The notes beneath the pieces were generated by a model, which saw nothing but the letters and a program-made list of their open reading frames with translations, was not told where the DNA came from and ran no database searches. Shown piece by piece: positions 45,551 through 55,820 of a stretch of 64,000 nucleotides of DNA (its first letter is position 1; every line of letters begins with the position of its first letter). The position numbers were made by a program, and so were the translations under genes. The stretch is from Bacilli bacterium (GTDB lineage Bacteria > Bacillota_I > Bacilli_A > RFN20 > CAG-826), in assembly GCA_017651565.1 (NCBI GenBank), contig JAGCCQ010000079.1, positions 6,447-70,446 of the forward strand. Direction: 5' to 3'.

Positions 45551-48139
45551 TTATTTTAAAGAAGATAATTTAGCTTCAAGTTCTGCTAAATTTTTCTTAT
45601 GTTGCTCAAGCTTATTTTTCTCAAGAGCAATCTTTTCTGCAGGAGCTTTAGAAACGAAACCAGGGTTGCCTAACATCTTTTCACAGCGGAATATTTCTGA
45701 CTTGATTGATTCAATATCTTTTTCAAGCTTTTTAATTAAGTCTTCTTTGCCTGCTTCATTTTTAATAAGCATGCTACCTTCGTTATAAACGTTGATGTCG
45801 CCTTTATTTTCTAAGTTTTCAACAAATTCTACGTCTGAGAATGTAAACCTCTTTAAATAAGTCACAAAATCATCGAAAACATTGATCTTAAGTTTAATCT
45901 TGAGTTCAAGCTTCGCGTTTGGAGCTAATTTGTTTTCAATCTTATAGTTTCTAACATCCTTAATCATTGCAAAGAGAACATTAACTTGTCCTTCACTAGA
46001 TTCATCTACTAATGATTCATCATAGACAGGATATTTTTCTAACATAACACTATCTTTATGGCCTGGAATGTTAAGATACATTTCTTCAGCGATGAATGGA
46101 GTATATGGATAGATTAAGAGAATAATGTTCTTAAGAACAAAGTAAAGGATTTGGTTAGTTACTTCTTTTGCTTTAGCGTTATCGCTATTTAAAGCAACCT
46201 TACTCATTTCGAGATATTGTCCGCAGAAATCATCATAGAAAAAATTATATAAGTTGCTACTTGCAGCATTGAAATCAAATTTATCCATGTTTGCAGTAAC
46301 ATTCTTAATGGTTTCTTCTAATCTATTGATAATCCATTGATCTAATGGAGCGAATTCTTTCTTATCTAATGCTTTTGGAGCGAATTCTTCAGGTAAGATA
46401 GATAACACGTAACGTGCACTATTCCATATTTTATTTAAATAGTTGCTAGCTGCTTGGACTTTTTCATCGATATATCTCATATCTTGTCCTGGAGTTGAGT
46501 TAGTAGTTAAGAAATATCTAAGAGCATCAGCACCATATTGTTCGATAACATCCATAGGATCAACGCCGTTACCTAATGATTTAGACATTTTTCTACCTAA
46601 TTCATCTCTAACAAGACCGTGAATAACAACATTCTTGAATGGTCTTTGCTTTGTCATTTCTAATGATTGGAAAATCATTCTAGAAACCCAGAAGAAGATA
46701 ATATCGTAACCAGTGACTAAACAGTCTGTTGGGAAATATCTATCTAAATCTTCTGTTTTATTTGGCCAACCTAAAGTAGAGAATGGCCATAAAGCACTGG
46801 AGAACCAAGTATCAAGAACATCGCTTTCTTGATCCCAATTTTCCATATCTTCTGGTGGATTCATTGAGACTCTAACTTCACCAGTTTTCTTATTGTAGTA
46901 AGCAGGAATTCTATGTCCCCACCACAATTGTCTAGAGACACACCAGTCTTCTACATTTTCCATCCAAGAAGTGAAAACTTTCTCAAATCTTTCAGGAACA
47001 AAATTAACCTTCGTTTCGTTATCTTGGTTCTTTAAAGATTGTTCTGCTAAAGGACGCATTTTAACGAACCATTGTTTACTTAACATAGGTTCAACAACAC
47101 AGTTATTTCTTTCACTATGTCCGACTGGGTGAACGATATCTTCTGTCTTGATAAAGTTACCTGCTGCTTTAATATCTTCAACAAGCACTTTTCTACATTC
47201 AAAGCGGTCTAGACCACAATATTTGCCACATTTTTCATTCATTGTAGCGTCTTTATTAAAGATAATTGGCATAGGGAAACCATACTTTTTACCAATAATA
47301 AAGTCGTTAGGATCGTGAGCTGGAGTACACTTCATTGCACCAGTACCAAAACCGATTTCAACGTATTCGTCACCGATGACTGGAAGCTCATCTCCATTAG
47401 CAGGATTTATAACCTTCTTTCCAATATATTTCTTTAACTTTTCATCGTTAGGATTGATAACAACACAGACGTCACCAAACATAGTTTCTGGACGAGTTGT
47501 TGCGACAATAATTGAATCGTTTTCTCCTACGATTGGATATTTAAAGTAGAACATTTTACCTGGGTCATCTTGGTGAACAACTTCAATATTTGAAAGAGCT
47601 GTTTGTTGGACTGGATCCCAGTTAATTATTCTTTCGCCTTGGTAAATTAATCCTTTGTTATATAAATTGACAAAAACAGTTCTAACAGCATAATTAAGAC
47701 CTTCATCTAATGTGAATCTTTCTCTAGTGTAATCAAGAGAAATACCCATCTTAGCCCATTGTTTATGAATGTTATCTGCGTATTCATCTTTCCAAGCCCA
47801 AGCCCACTTTAAGAATTCTTCTCTTGTGATTTTTGTTACATCAATGCCGTTATTAACTAACTTTTGCATAACTTTAGCTTGAGTTGCAATTCCAGCATGA
47901 TCCATTCCAGGAAGATATAACATATCAAATCCTTGTAATCTTTTATAACGAGCAATGATATCTTGAATTGTTGTATCCCAAGCGTGTCCAATATGTAATT
48001 TTCCTGTAACGTTTGGTGGAGGAATTACAATTGTGTAAGGAATTTTACTCTTATCGCCAGCAGTAAAATAACCTTTAGATTTCCAGTTTTCGTATTTTCC
48101 CTCTTCTACTTGATGAGGATCATAACGTTTTTCTAACAT
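45551..48139 (-). CDS. valS: Valyl-tRNA synthetase
   Basis: HIGH (PNVTGKLHIGHA) and KMSKS motifs, editing domain, C-terminal coiled coil. Confidence 0.97.
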   Translation of the reverse strand: MLEKRYDPHQVEEGKYENWKSKGYFTAGDKSKIPYTIVIPPPNVTGKLHIGHAWDTTIQDIIARYKRLQGFDMLYLPGMDHAGIATQAKVMQKLVNNGIDVTKITREEFLKWAWAWKDEYADNIHKQWAKMGISLDYTRERFTLDEGLNYAVRTVFVNLYNKGLIYQGERIINWDPVQQTALSNIEVVHQDDPGKMFYFKYPIVGENDSIIVATTRPETMFGDVCVVINPNDEKLKKYIGKKVINPANGDELPVIGDEYVEIGFGTGAMKCTPAHDPNDFIIGKKYGFPMPIIFNKDATMNEKCGKYCGLDRFECRKVLVEDIKAAGNFIKTEDIVHPVGHSERNNCVVEPMLSKQWFVKMRPLAEQSLKNQDNETKVNFVPERFEKVFTSWMENVEDWCVSRQLWWGHRIPAYYNKKTGEVRVSMNPPEDMENWDQESDVLDTWFSSALWPFSTLGWPNKTEDLDRYFPTDCLVTGYDIIFFWVSRMIFQSLEMTKQRPFKNVVIHGLVRDELGRKMSKSLGNGVDPMDVIEQYGADALRYFLTTNSTPGQDMRYIDEKVQAASNYLNKIWNSARYVLSILPEEFAPKALDKKEFAPLDQWIINRLEETIKNVTANMDKFDFNAASSNLYNFFYDDFCGQYLEMSKVALNSDNAKAKEVTNQILYFVLKNIILLIYPYTPFIAEEMYLNIPGHKDSVMLEKYPVYDESLVDESSEGQVNVLFAMIKDVRNYKIENKLAPNAKLELKIKLKINVFDDFVTYLKRFTFSDVEFVENLENKGDINVYNEGSMLIKNEAGKEDLIKKLEKDIESIKSEIFRCEKMLGNPGFVSKAPAEKIALEKNKLEQHKKNLAELEAKLSSLK

Positions 48140-48353
48140 AGACTTTTTCCTCCTAAAATAAAACGTCCTTAATTCTAAGGACGCTATTAACGTGGTACCA
48201 CCTTAGTTCGGATTTCTCCGCACTTAATTATTCCTAATATAGTTTAGGTAACTATTCCTCCAAAGCGACCTTCATTGAGTTTTTCTACCAGGCTTCCACC
48301 ATCCCCGGCTCTCTATAAGATACGTTCAATTACTCCTCTTTTTCTCAGGTATC
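48140..48353 (-). promoter_or_regulatory. T-box riboswitch leader, valine specifier (GUC)
   Basis: Minus strand: AGAGA box, specifier-loop context AAUGAAG-GUC-G (GUC at 48269-48267), conserved T-box AAGGUGGUACCACG (48191-48204), then terminator GCGUCCUUA-gaa-UUAAGGACG plus a U-run (48153-48185) immediately before the valS RBS. TATAAT at 48365-48360. Confidence 0.88.
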
Positions 48354-48370
48354 GATTAAATTATACAAGA

Positions 48371-48949
48371 TTAGACTATTTTTTCAATAACTTGTCTAAG
48401 CTTATCCCAACTTCTAGGTTCAAGTCTTGAGGTATATACAACTCTATCTGTTGGGAAACCGTATTCTTTAATACGTTTAACCGTAGCAGCTTTCGCGCTT
48501 TGGTTAAGTTTGTCAGACTTAGTAATTACAAAGTAATAAGGAATATTAGATTCGTTTACAAAGCCTATTAATTCTTTATCTGATTCATCAATTTCGCGTC
48601 TAGAATCGAGCAAAATGAGAACTGCTTTTAAGAATTTATTATCGTAGAAATAATCTTCCATCATTTCTCCGAATAAAGCATCTAAATCTACTCCGCCTTT
48701 TGCGTAACCATAACCAGGTGCGTCAACTAAATAGAACTTATTATCTATATTAAAATAGTTAAGTAATTTAGTATGGCCAGGTTTAGAAGAAGTAAATGCA
48801 AGACTTTTTCTTGAAGTGATTGAGTTAATTAGAGTAGATTTTCCAACGTTACTTTTGCCTACTACTAAAATTTCAGCAAGACCGCCTGTGGCTCTTTCAT
48901 CTTGCTTTGAAGCAGATTTAACAAAGTTAGCGTTTTTAAAATTAATCAT
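48371..48949 (-). CDS. engB: Ribosome biogenesis GTPase EngB/YsxC
   Basis: G1 GKSNVGKST, G3 DAPGYG, G4 TKSD. Follows lon as in Bacillus and overlaps the lon stop. Confidence 0.92.
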   Translation of the reverse strand: MINFKNANFVKSASKQDERATGGLAEILVVGKSNVGKSTLINSITSRKSLAFTSSKPGHTKLLNYFNIDNKFYLVDAPGYGYAKGGVDLDALFGEMMEDYFYDNKFLKAVLILLDSRREIDESDKELIGFVNESNIPYYFVITKSDKLNQSAKAATVKRIKEYGFPTDRVVYTSRLEPRSWDKLRQVIEKIV

Positions 48950-51275
48950 TTTTCTTTAATAATGCGAATTCAACAGCATCATCTACTGTTTCCATGGTTT
49001 TAATAATGAGAGATTCTTTAACTTCTTTTGGAAGTTCTTCAATATCTTTCTTATTATCTTTTGGAACGATGATAGCTTTAATACCACTACGTAATGCTGC
49101 TAATGATTTTTCTCTTAAACCACCGATTGGTAATGCGTTACCTCTTAAAGTAACTTCGCCAGTCATAGCTACATCTGGATTTACAGGTGTATGGCTTAAG
49201 CAAGAAATTAATGCAGTTGTAATTGCAACACCAGCACTTGGACCGTCTTTTGGAACAGCACCTTCTGGAACGTGAATATGGATGTCGTTACCAACAAAGA
49301 TTTCACTATCGATATGGTACTTATCAGCGTTTGCTTTGACATAATCTAATGCGATTGCAGCAGATTCTTTCATAACATCGCCTAGTTTACCTGTAAGTAC
49401 GAGTGCGCCTTTACCTTTGAAGTAATTAACTTCGATTGGGAGAATATCTCCGCCAAATTGAGTATATGCAAGACCAGTAACAACACCAACTTGTGGCTTT
49501 GCTTCTTTCTTACTATCTTCGAAGATTGGCATGAGTAAGAATTCTCTAACTTTTTCTTCATTAATTTCAACGTGTTCGATTGTTGGATCTTTAACAATAG
49601 CGACTGCTACTTTTCTTAAACAAGAAGCAATCTTTCTTTCTAAGTCACGGACACCAGCTTCTCTTGTGTAATGACGAATAATGTAGGTTATAGCGTCATC
49701 AGTGAAATTAACTTGTTCAGGTTTTAAACCATTAAGTGTAATTTGCTTATTGATTAAGTGGTCTTTTGTGATATGAACTTTTTCAATTTCTGTGTAGGAA
49801 TTGAGTTCGATTAATTCAAGTCTGTCTCTAAGTGGACCAGGAATATTTTCGAGGTAGTTAGCAGTACAAATGAATAAAACATCACTTAAATCATATGGTT
49901 CTTCAACGAAATTATCGTTAAATTGTGTATTTTGTTCTGGATCAAGAACTTCAAGCATTGCGCTTGCTGGGTCTCCTTTGTAAGAAGATGCAAGTTTATC
50001 GATTTCATCGAGTAAGAAGACAGGGTTTGTAACACCTGCTTTTCTCATACCTTGGATGATTCTACCTGGCATTGATCCTACATAAGTACGTCTATGACCT
50101 CTAATTTCAGCTTCATCAGAGATACCACCTAAAGATGCTTTGAAGAATTTTCTTCCTAAAGCTCTTGCGATAGATTTACCTAAGGAAGTTTTACCTGTTC
50201 CTGGAGGACCATAGAAACAAAGAATTGGAGATTTTAAATTACCAGTTAATTGTTTAACTGCTAAGTATTCAACAATTCTCTTTTTAGGAATTTCAAGACC
50301 ATAATGGTCTTCATCAAGAATTCTTTCGACGTTTTTTAAGTCGTTATTATCTTCAGTTTTTTCAAACCAAGGAATTGACATTAAAACATCTACGTAACTT
50401 TGAATTAAAGCACTTTCGAGTGATCCTTGAGGCATCATATCGTATTTCTTTAATTCATTTTTAACTTTTTTCTTAATGTAATCTGGATAAGGATTTGCTT
50501 CTAACTTTTCTAAGATAGATTCAGGAGAATTTTTATCATCAGTGTTTTCTCCAAGCTCTTTCTTAATCGCTTTGAGCTTTTCTCTTAAGAAATATTCTTT
50601 TTGACTCTTTTCGCTAGATTCACGAACAGCGTTTTGAATATTTCTTTCAATCTCATCTTTTTGTTTTTCGCCAGAAATAAGAAGAACAACTCTTTGCATT
50701 AATTCTTCTGCACTTAAGGATTCTAAGATGGATTGTTTATCGTCTTTGCTACCTTGTAAGAACTCTGCGATTGCAAAACAAACGTTGATTGCTGAATCGT
50801 TGCTAGCAATTAAGTTAGCAACACTTTTTGGCATTTCAGCAACGATTTGAGGAACGTCTTCTAAAGCAGTTTGGACAGCTTTAATAATAGAACTGTTTGT
50901 GATGTAGTCTGGTTCAGGAATTCTATAGATTGAGCCAGTAGCTAAAATAAATCCTTCTGGATCTTCAGAAATTGTTTCTAATTTAATTCTCTCTACAACT
51001 TCGACACGAATTCTAACTTCGGTGCCTCTTACTGTATAGGAAATAATGCGACAGAGAGAACCAATCTTATGAATTTGTTCTTCTGTTGGTGTTTCATCGT
51101 CAGCGTTCTTTTGACATGAAACAAACAATAATGAATCGGTTTGGTTTCTAGCAGCTTCGATAGCCTTCACGGAGAAGGAACGACCTGCAGCAATGACTTG
51201 TGAATTGTTAGGGAAGATAACCTTGGATCTTGTCACTAACAGAGGAAGAGTTAATTTTTGAGCTTTATCAGCCAT
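48942..51275 (-). CDS. lon: ATP-dependent Lon protease
   Basis: LON N-domain, Walker A GPPGTGKTS, protease active site KDGPSAGV. Confidence 0.96.
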   Translation of the reverse strand: MADKAQKLTLPLLVTRSKVIFPNNSQVIAAGRSFSVKAIEAARNQTDSLLFVSCQKNADDETPTEEQIHKIGSLCRIISYTVRGTEVRIRVEVVERIKLETISEDPEGFILATGSIYRIPEPDYITNSSIIKAVQTALEDVPQIVAEMPKSVANLIASNDSAINVCFAIAEFLQGSKDDKQSILESLSAEELMQRVVLLISGEKQKDEIERNIQNAVRESSEKSQKEYFLREKLKAIKKELGENTDDKNSPESILEKLEANPYPDYIKKKVKNELKKYDMMPQGSLESALIQSYVDVLMSIPWFEKTEDNNDLKNVERILDEDHYGLEIPKKRIVEYLAVKQLTGNLKSPILCFYGPPGTGKTSLGKSIARALGRKFFKASLGGISDEAEIRGHRRTYVGSMPGRIIQGMRKAGVTNPVFLLDEIDKLASSYKGDPASAMLEVLDPEQNTQFNDNFVEEPYDLSDVLFICTANYLENIPGPLRDRLELIELNSYTEIEKVHITKDHLINKQITLNGLKPEQVNFTDDAITYIIRHYTREAGVRDLERKIASCLRKVAVAIVKDPTIEHVEINEEKVREFLLMPIFEDSKKEAKPQVGVVTGLAYTQFGGDILPIEVNYFKGKGALVLTGKLGDVMKESAAIALDYVKANADKYHIDSEIFVGNDIHIHVPEGAVPKDGPSAGVAITTALISCLSHTPVNPDVAMTGEVTLRGNALPIGGLREKSLAALRSGIKAIIVPKDNKKDIEELPKEVKESLIIKTMETVDDAVEFALLKKND

Positions 51276-51289
51276 ATTTTACCTCCTTA

Positions 51290-52567
51290 CTAGTCGTTAT
51301 TCTTATATAATAAGTCCTCGACTCTATTCATCATGATGTTGTGTCTGAATTCACCTAATTGATTGTTGAGTGCCTTTTTGACATCTTCGATTTTCATCTT
51401 ATATTGTTCAGCAATCTTAGATAATTCGAATTCTAATTCTTCATCAGTAACGTTTAATTTTTCAGCAACTGCTACTTCTTCCAATACTAAGTAGCCAGCG
51501 ATTTCTTTCTTTGAATCTTCTCTTAATTTTGCTTCAAATTCTTCTGGTTTTTGACCAAGGATTTGTAAGTAAGTTTCAAGAGTTAAACCAGATTGTTGCA
51601 TTCTGTTTTCTAAATCTTTCTTGTGAGAATTTGCTTGATTTTCAATGACTGCATCTGGGATTGAAACTTTTGAATTTGCGACAATAGCTTCAATAACTTT
51701 GTTAATGTATTCTCTTCTAGCTTCAGCAGTTTTTTGTGCTGTGATTTCATCTTTTTTCTTTGCTTTTAAATCATCAATAGTTTTAACGCCATCTAATTTA
51801 ATATCAGCAATGAATTCATCGTTTAATTCAGGGAGTTTCTTTTCTTTAACTTCGTGAACTTTACATTCGAATGTAGCATCTTTGCCTTTTAATTCTGGTG
51901 TGTAGTTTTCTGGGAATTTGACGTTAACATCTTTCTTTTCACCAGCTTTAACACCGACTAATTGATCTTCAAATCCAGGAATGAATGTGCCACTACCTAA
52001 TTCTAATTCGTAGTTTTCAGCAGTACCGCCATCAAATGCGACACCGCCAACTTTACCAACAAAGTCCATAACGACTGTGTCACCTTTTGCTGCTGCACCA
52101 TCTTTAACAGCGATTGTTGCATTTTGGACTCTTAATGCATCGATTGCATTGTCGATATCTTTATCAGTAACATTGACTTCGCCTTTACCAATCTTTAAGC
52201 CTTTGTAATCACCTAAAGTAAGTTTTGGTAAAGTTGTGATTGTAAATTTAACTTCTAATTCTTTATCACTTAAGTTTGTAACATCAACCATCGGTTGATT
52301 GTATGGTTTGATATCGTTGTTCTTTAAGATATCTCTATAAAGGACTGGTAATAATGAATTAATTGCTTCGTCCATTACTTTAACTTGATCGATTTTGCCT
52401 TTAATCATGTTTTCTGGAGCTTTACCTTTACGGAATCCAGGAACAGTGACATTAGCTGCTAACTTTTTGAAAGCCTTATCTTGAGCTTCTTTCCAAGTAG
52501 CTTCTTTGACGACAACTTCTACTTCAACGAGGCCATCGCCAACTTGATTAACTTTTGTTTCTTTCAT
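51290..52567 (-). CDS. tig: Trigger factor
   Basis: Ribosome-binding motif GFRKGKAP, FKBP-type PPIase middle domain, 425 aa. Confidence 0.95.
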   Translation of the reverse strand: MKETKVNQVGDGLVEVEVVVKEATWKEAQDKAFKKLAANVTVPGFRKGKAPENMIKGKIDQVKVMDEAINSLLPVLYRDILKNNDIKPYNQPMVDVTNLSDKELEVKFTITTLPKLTLGDYKGLKIGKGEVNVTDKDIDNAIDALRVQNATIAVKDGAAAKGDTVVMDFVGKVGGVAFDGGTAENYELELGSGTFIPGFEDQLVGVKAGEKKDVNVKFPENYTPELKGKDATFECKVHEVKEKKLPELNDEFIADIKLDGVKTIDDLKAKKKDEITAQKTAEARREYINKVIEAIVANSKVSIPDAVIENQANSHKKDLENRMQQSGLTLETYLQILGQKPEEFEAKLREDSKKEIAGYLVLEEVAVAEKLNVTDEELEFELSKIAEQYKMKIEDVKKALNNQLGEFRHNIMMNRVEDLLYKNND

Positions 52568-52599
52568 ATCTATATACCTCTAAATTTATAGCGAGGTTT

Positions 52600-52628
52600 A
52601 TTCTATATGAATAATGGACTTTTCGCAA
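52600..52628 (-). promoter_or_regulatory. tig promoter (-35 TTGCGA, 17 bp, -10 TAGAAT)
   Basis: Minus strand: TTGCGA at 52628-52623 and TAGAAT at 52605-52600, just downstream of a terminator. Confidence 0.55.
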
Positions 52629-52629
52629 G

Positions 52630-52660
52630 TAAAAAAGACTCAGAAATATATTCTGAGCCT
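52630..52660 (-). terminator. Rho-independent terminator
   Basis: Stem CTCAGAA-tatat-TTCTGAG followed by TCTTTTTT on the minus strand. Confidence 0.7.
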
Positions 52661-52677
52661 ATTTTTTGTACTATATT

Positions 52678-53586
52678 TTAGAAATTTTGAATCATTTCAG
52701 CAAAACGATTATATAGTTCTTTAACTTTAGATTCGTCTAATTTATGAGTATCGCAATATTCTTCAATACTAGGCGCGTCCTTTATTTGCAGGCAGTCGCA
52801 ACTTAATAAATATAATGATGCGATTAAATAATCATCTTCTTCAGCAACTTCATTAGGATATATATCTATGATATAACTAGAGAAAATACTAATCGCATTA
52901 TCACTAATTGTAGGATTCTTAAATTCAGAAATCATACGTTTGGAAAGTCTATTGAAAGGTTCTCCAATAAAAGGTGCTTTGGTATTTGCTGGAATAACTT
53001 TGATAACTGAATCCTTTGATTTAAATTCAACTTCCTTTTCCCATTTCTTTTGAACTAAAAGCATTAAAGCAAAACTTTTGATTGCTTGAGATGGGTTATT
53101 TAGCATCAAATACTGGATTTCTTTAATAAAAGGTTCAACACCACGATTTCCAGCCATTTCTAAGCCAGACATTGCGGTTCCTTTGTCGTTATTCTTTAAC
53201 CTACTTTTAATTTCTTCATCAGGTATAGATTTCTTACCATATTGTGCTCTTTCTTCTTCTCTAATATGGCCTACCATACTAGATAAAAGTTCTTCAACTT
53301 GTTGAGATTCATATGGAAGATTCTTGTAATAATCTAGTTCATCATACGCTTCGTCAAATCTGCCTAAGATAAGTAATAAATCGATATGAACTTTGATCAA
53401 TAATAAAAGATTCTTATGCAATTCGATGTGATGTTCTTTTAAATACGCTAAAGCTTTTTCGCCTTGGCCAATAGCTAGTAAAGCGGAAATACGATAAAAG
53501 ATAGAATCAACATCCCCAGATTTCTCTGTTAACTTGATTACTAACTCATATTCATGTTTATCCATTAATGATTTCAATGTATCCAT
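52678..53586 (-). CDS. Hypothetical TPR-like helical repeat protein
   Basis: 302-aa all-helical protein with TPR-like repeats (ALLAIGQGEKALAYLKEH; LILGRFDEAYDELDYY). No specific family can be asserted without a search. Confidence 0.7.
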   Translation of the reverse strand: MDTLKSLMDKHEYELVIKLTEKSGDVDSIFYRISALLAIGQGEKALAYLKEHHIELHKNLLLLIKVHIDLLLILGRFDEAYDELDYYKNLPYESQQVEELLSSMVGHIREEERAQYGKKSIPDEEIKSRLKNNDKGTAMSGLEMAGNRGVEPFIKEIQYLMLNNPSQAIKSFALMLLVQKKWEKEVEFKSKDSVIKVIPANTKAPFIGEPFNRLSKRMISEFKNPTISDNAISIFSSYIIDIYPNEVAEEDDYLIASLYLLSCDCLQIKDAPSIEEYCDTHKLDESKVKELYNRFAEMIQNF

Positions 53587-53623
53587 ATTAGTAATTTATT
53601 AGTAGATATAATATAAATATTAA

Positions 53624-54856
53624 CTACTTTTTAATTTTCTCCCAATAATCTTTTAACGTGTTTTCAAATTTATTATCGCCATAGATATAATACACTCTAT
53701 CTTTTATATCATCTGGCAAGTATTGTTGTTTAACCCAATGATTCTTATAATTATGAGGATATTTATAGTTTTGTCCTTTAACTTCAGCATCTTCTCCATC
53801 GTAATGAGTATTCTGCAAACATCTAGGAACAGATATGCCTTTACCTTGGTTAATATCGCTGAGTGCTCTATCGTAAGCCATATAGGCACTATTACTTTTT
53901 GGGGCAGTTGCAATTAATACAGCCGCATTGACTAAAGGAAGTCTTGCTTCAGGCATTCCTAATTGTAAAGCAGTATCAACAGCAGCTTTAACTATAGGAA
54001 TAATTTGAGGATAAGCCATTCCAACATCTTCTGATGCACTACATAATAACCTACGTGAAGCAGCAATTAAATCTCCTGCTTCTAACATTTTTGCTAAGTA
54101 AAATACTGCAGCGTCTGGATCACTACCTCTAAGCGATTTCATTAAAGCACTTAAATTATCGTAGTGTTTATCTTCACCTCTATCGTAAGAAATATTTCCT
54201 TTTTGAATTACTTCATTTACGTCTGCTACAGTAATCTTTGAATTTTTAATTCCTGAAGCAATAAATTCTAATGAATTAAGAGCTTTTCTCATATCTCCAT
54301 TCGCGCTTAAAGATAAAATCTTTAATGCTTCAGGTTCTATTTTAACTTTTAAAGCTTTTGCTCCACGAGTTAAACCCTTTGCGATTTCTTCGCTACTAAT
54401 TGCTTTAAACTCAAAAACACTACATCTAGAAAGTAATGCAGGATATACATAGAAATAAGGATTTTCAGTTGTAGAAGCAATTAATGTAATGTCGCCGTTT
54501 TCTACAAACTCTAAAAGAGATTGTTGCTGTTTCTTATTTAAATATTGAATCTCATCTAAATATAATAGGATTCCGTTTTGATTAAAAACATCACCTATTT
54601 GTTTAATTATATCTTTGATATCTTCTGTTCCACAGTTAGTTCCATTTAGCTTATATAAAGACATATTTGCTTTTAAAGCAATGATATTAGCTAATGTGGT
54701 TTTTCCAATTCCTGGAGGGCCATAAAATATCATATTAGGGATTTTCTCACCTTCGATGACGTTACGAAATAATGAGCCTTCACTAATTAAATGAGTTTGG
54801 CCCACCATATCTTCTATCTTTGTAGGTCTAAGAATATCCGCTAATGGTTTTTGCAT
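53624..54856 (-). CDS. rarA: Replication-associated recombination protein A (RarA/MgsA AAA+ ATPase)
   Basis: Walker A GPPGIGKTT, Walker B LYLDEIQ, and the C-terminal MgsA domain (HYDNLSALMKSLRGSDPDAAVFYLAKML). Confidence 0.93.
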   Translation of the reverse strand: MQKPLADILRPTKIEDMVGQTHLISEGSLFRNVIEGEKIPNMIFYGPPGIGKTTLANIIALKANMSLYKLNGTNCGTEDIKDIIKQIGDVFNQNGILLYLDEIQYLNKKQQQSLLEFVENGDITLIASTTENPYFYVYPALLSRCSVFEFKAISSEEIAKGLTRGAKALKVKIEPEALKILSLSANGDMRKALNSLEFIASGIKNSKITVADVNEVIQKGNISYDRGEDKHYDNLSALMKSLRGSDPDAAVFYLAKMLEAGDLIAASRRLLCSASEDVGMAYPQIIPIVKAAVDTALQLGMPEARLPLVNAAVLIATAPKSNSAYMAYDRALSDINQGKGISVPRCLQNTHYDGEDAEVKGQNYKYPHNYKNHWVKQQYLPDDIKDRVYYIYGDNKFENTLKDYWEKIKK

Positions 54857-54857
54857 T

Positions 54858-55817
54858 TTATTTTGTGTCCCTTAAATCAGAAAATACTTGGTAATGAAGT
54901 TTTTTAGCACCAACTTCAAATCCATCGTGATCAATATTATCTACAAATTTTGCGATATCGCGCTTAACGTTATCACCTCTATATGATTTTCTAATGATTG
55001 CATCGACAGTAAGTAATTCTTCTCTTGCCTTATCAACTAAATCGAAGAATGATTCTCTTCTTTCTGCACCACTAACGCAGTTGAACCATCTACTATGTTG
55101 CAAATTTAAAATGTCATATTTTTCATATGCTTTAGTTTTTGCAGGTGACATCATGCAGTCGATATTCTTATTTCTTGCGAAAATGTTATGGACTAAGAAC
55201 TTCTTAACACCCAATGGAGAATATAAAACGCTCTCTACAAAAAGCATGTCTTTATATGCGTTATAGTAGGTTAATTCTTCAATACCTTCATAGTTTAAGA
55301 ATTTAGCTAATTCATAGAACATTTTCGAAACTGCTTTAACTTGTGCCTCAGGACATTTTGCGCACTTTCCAGAGCCCTTGAAAGTATTATTAAGTTTTCC
55401 ATAAATTGTATCTAAGATACTTTCAAAGTTAACATGATAATTCATATACTTTTCTTTTTCTTTATCAGTTGGGTTTTCTGAAGTTGGGAATCCTGTTCTA
55501 AAGAAAATATATGGATGGCAGTTTCTATCTAATACATAATGCATGAATAAACCTTTAATAAATGCATGTAACATTTTCTTGTCTTCTTGAGTATCAGAGT
55601 ACTCTAAAAGAAAGTTATATGCGTTAGAAATATTTGTGTGATGCAAATATGTTCCAAAATCGCGCACCTTAGCTTTGTTTTCTCTTTTACCTAAAGAATG
55701 TCCATAGAAGAAGAAAACATCTGGTCCTTGACCGCCTAGTGCACGTATACGTGCATATTTATCTTTTTGTTCAGTGTTTTTTTCTACAAATGTGTAATGT
55801 GTATAAAATGCTGGCAT
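54858..55817 (-). CDS. Zinc-dependent phospholipase C-like family protein (tentative)
   Basis: His/Asp pattern spaced like PF00882-type proteins (THYTF, GGQGPDVFF, LHH, HYVLDRNCHPYI, YHVNFES). The assignment is by motif pattern only. Confidence 0.55.
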   Translation of the reverse strand: MPAFYTHYTFVEKNTEQKDKYARIRALGGQGPDVFFFYGHSLGKRENKAKVRDFGTYLHHTNISNAYNFLLEYSDTQEDKKMLHAFIKGLFMHYVLDRNCHPYIFFRTGFPTSENPTDKEKEKYMNYHVNFESILDTIYGKLNNTFKGSGKCAKCPEAQVKAVSKMFYELAKFLNYEGIEELTYYNAYKDMLFVESVLYSPLGVKKFLVHNIFARNKNIDCMMSPAKTKAYEKYDILNLQHSRWFNCVSGAERRESFFDLVDKAREELLTVDAIIRKSYRGDNVKRDIAKFVDNIDHDGFEVGAKKLHYQVFSDLRDTK

Positions 55818-55820
55818 AAA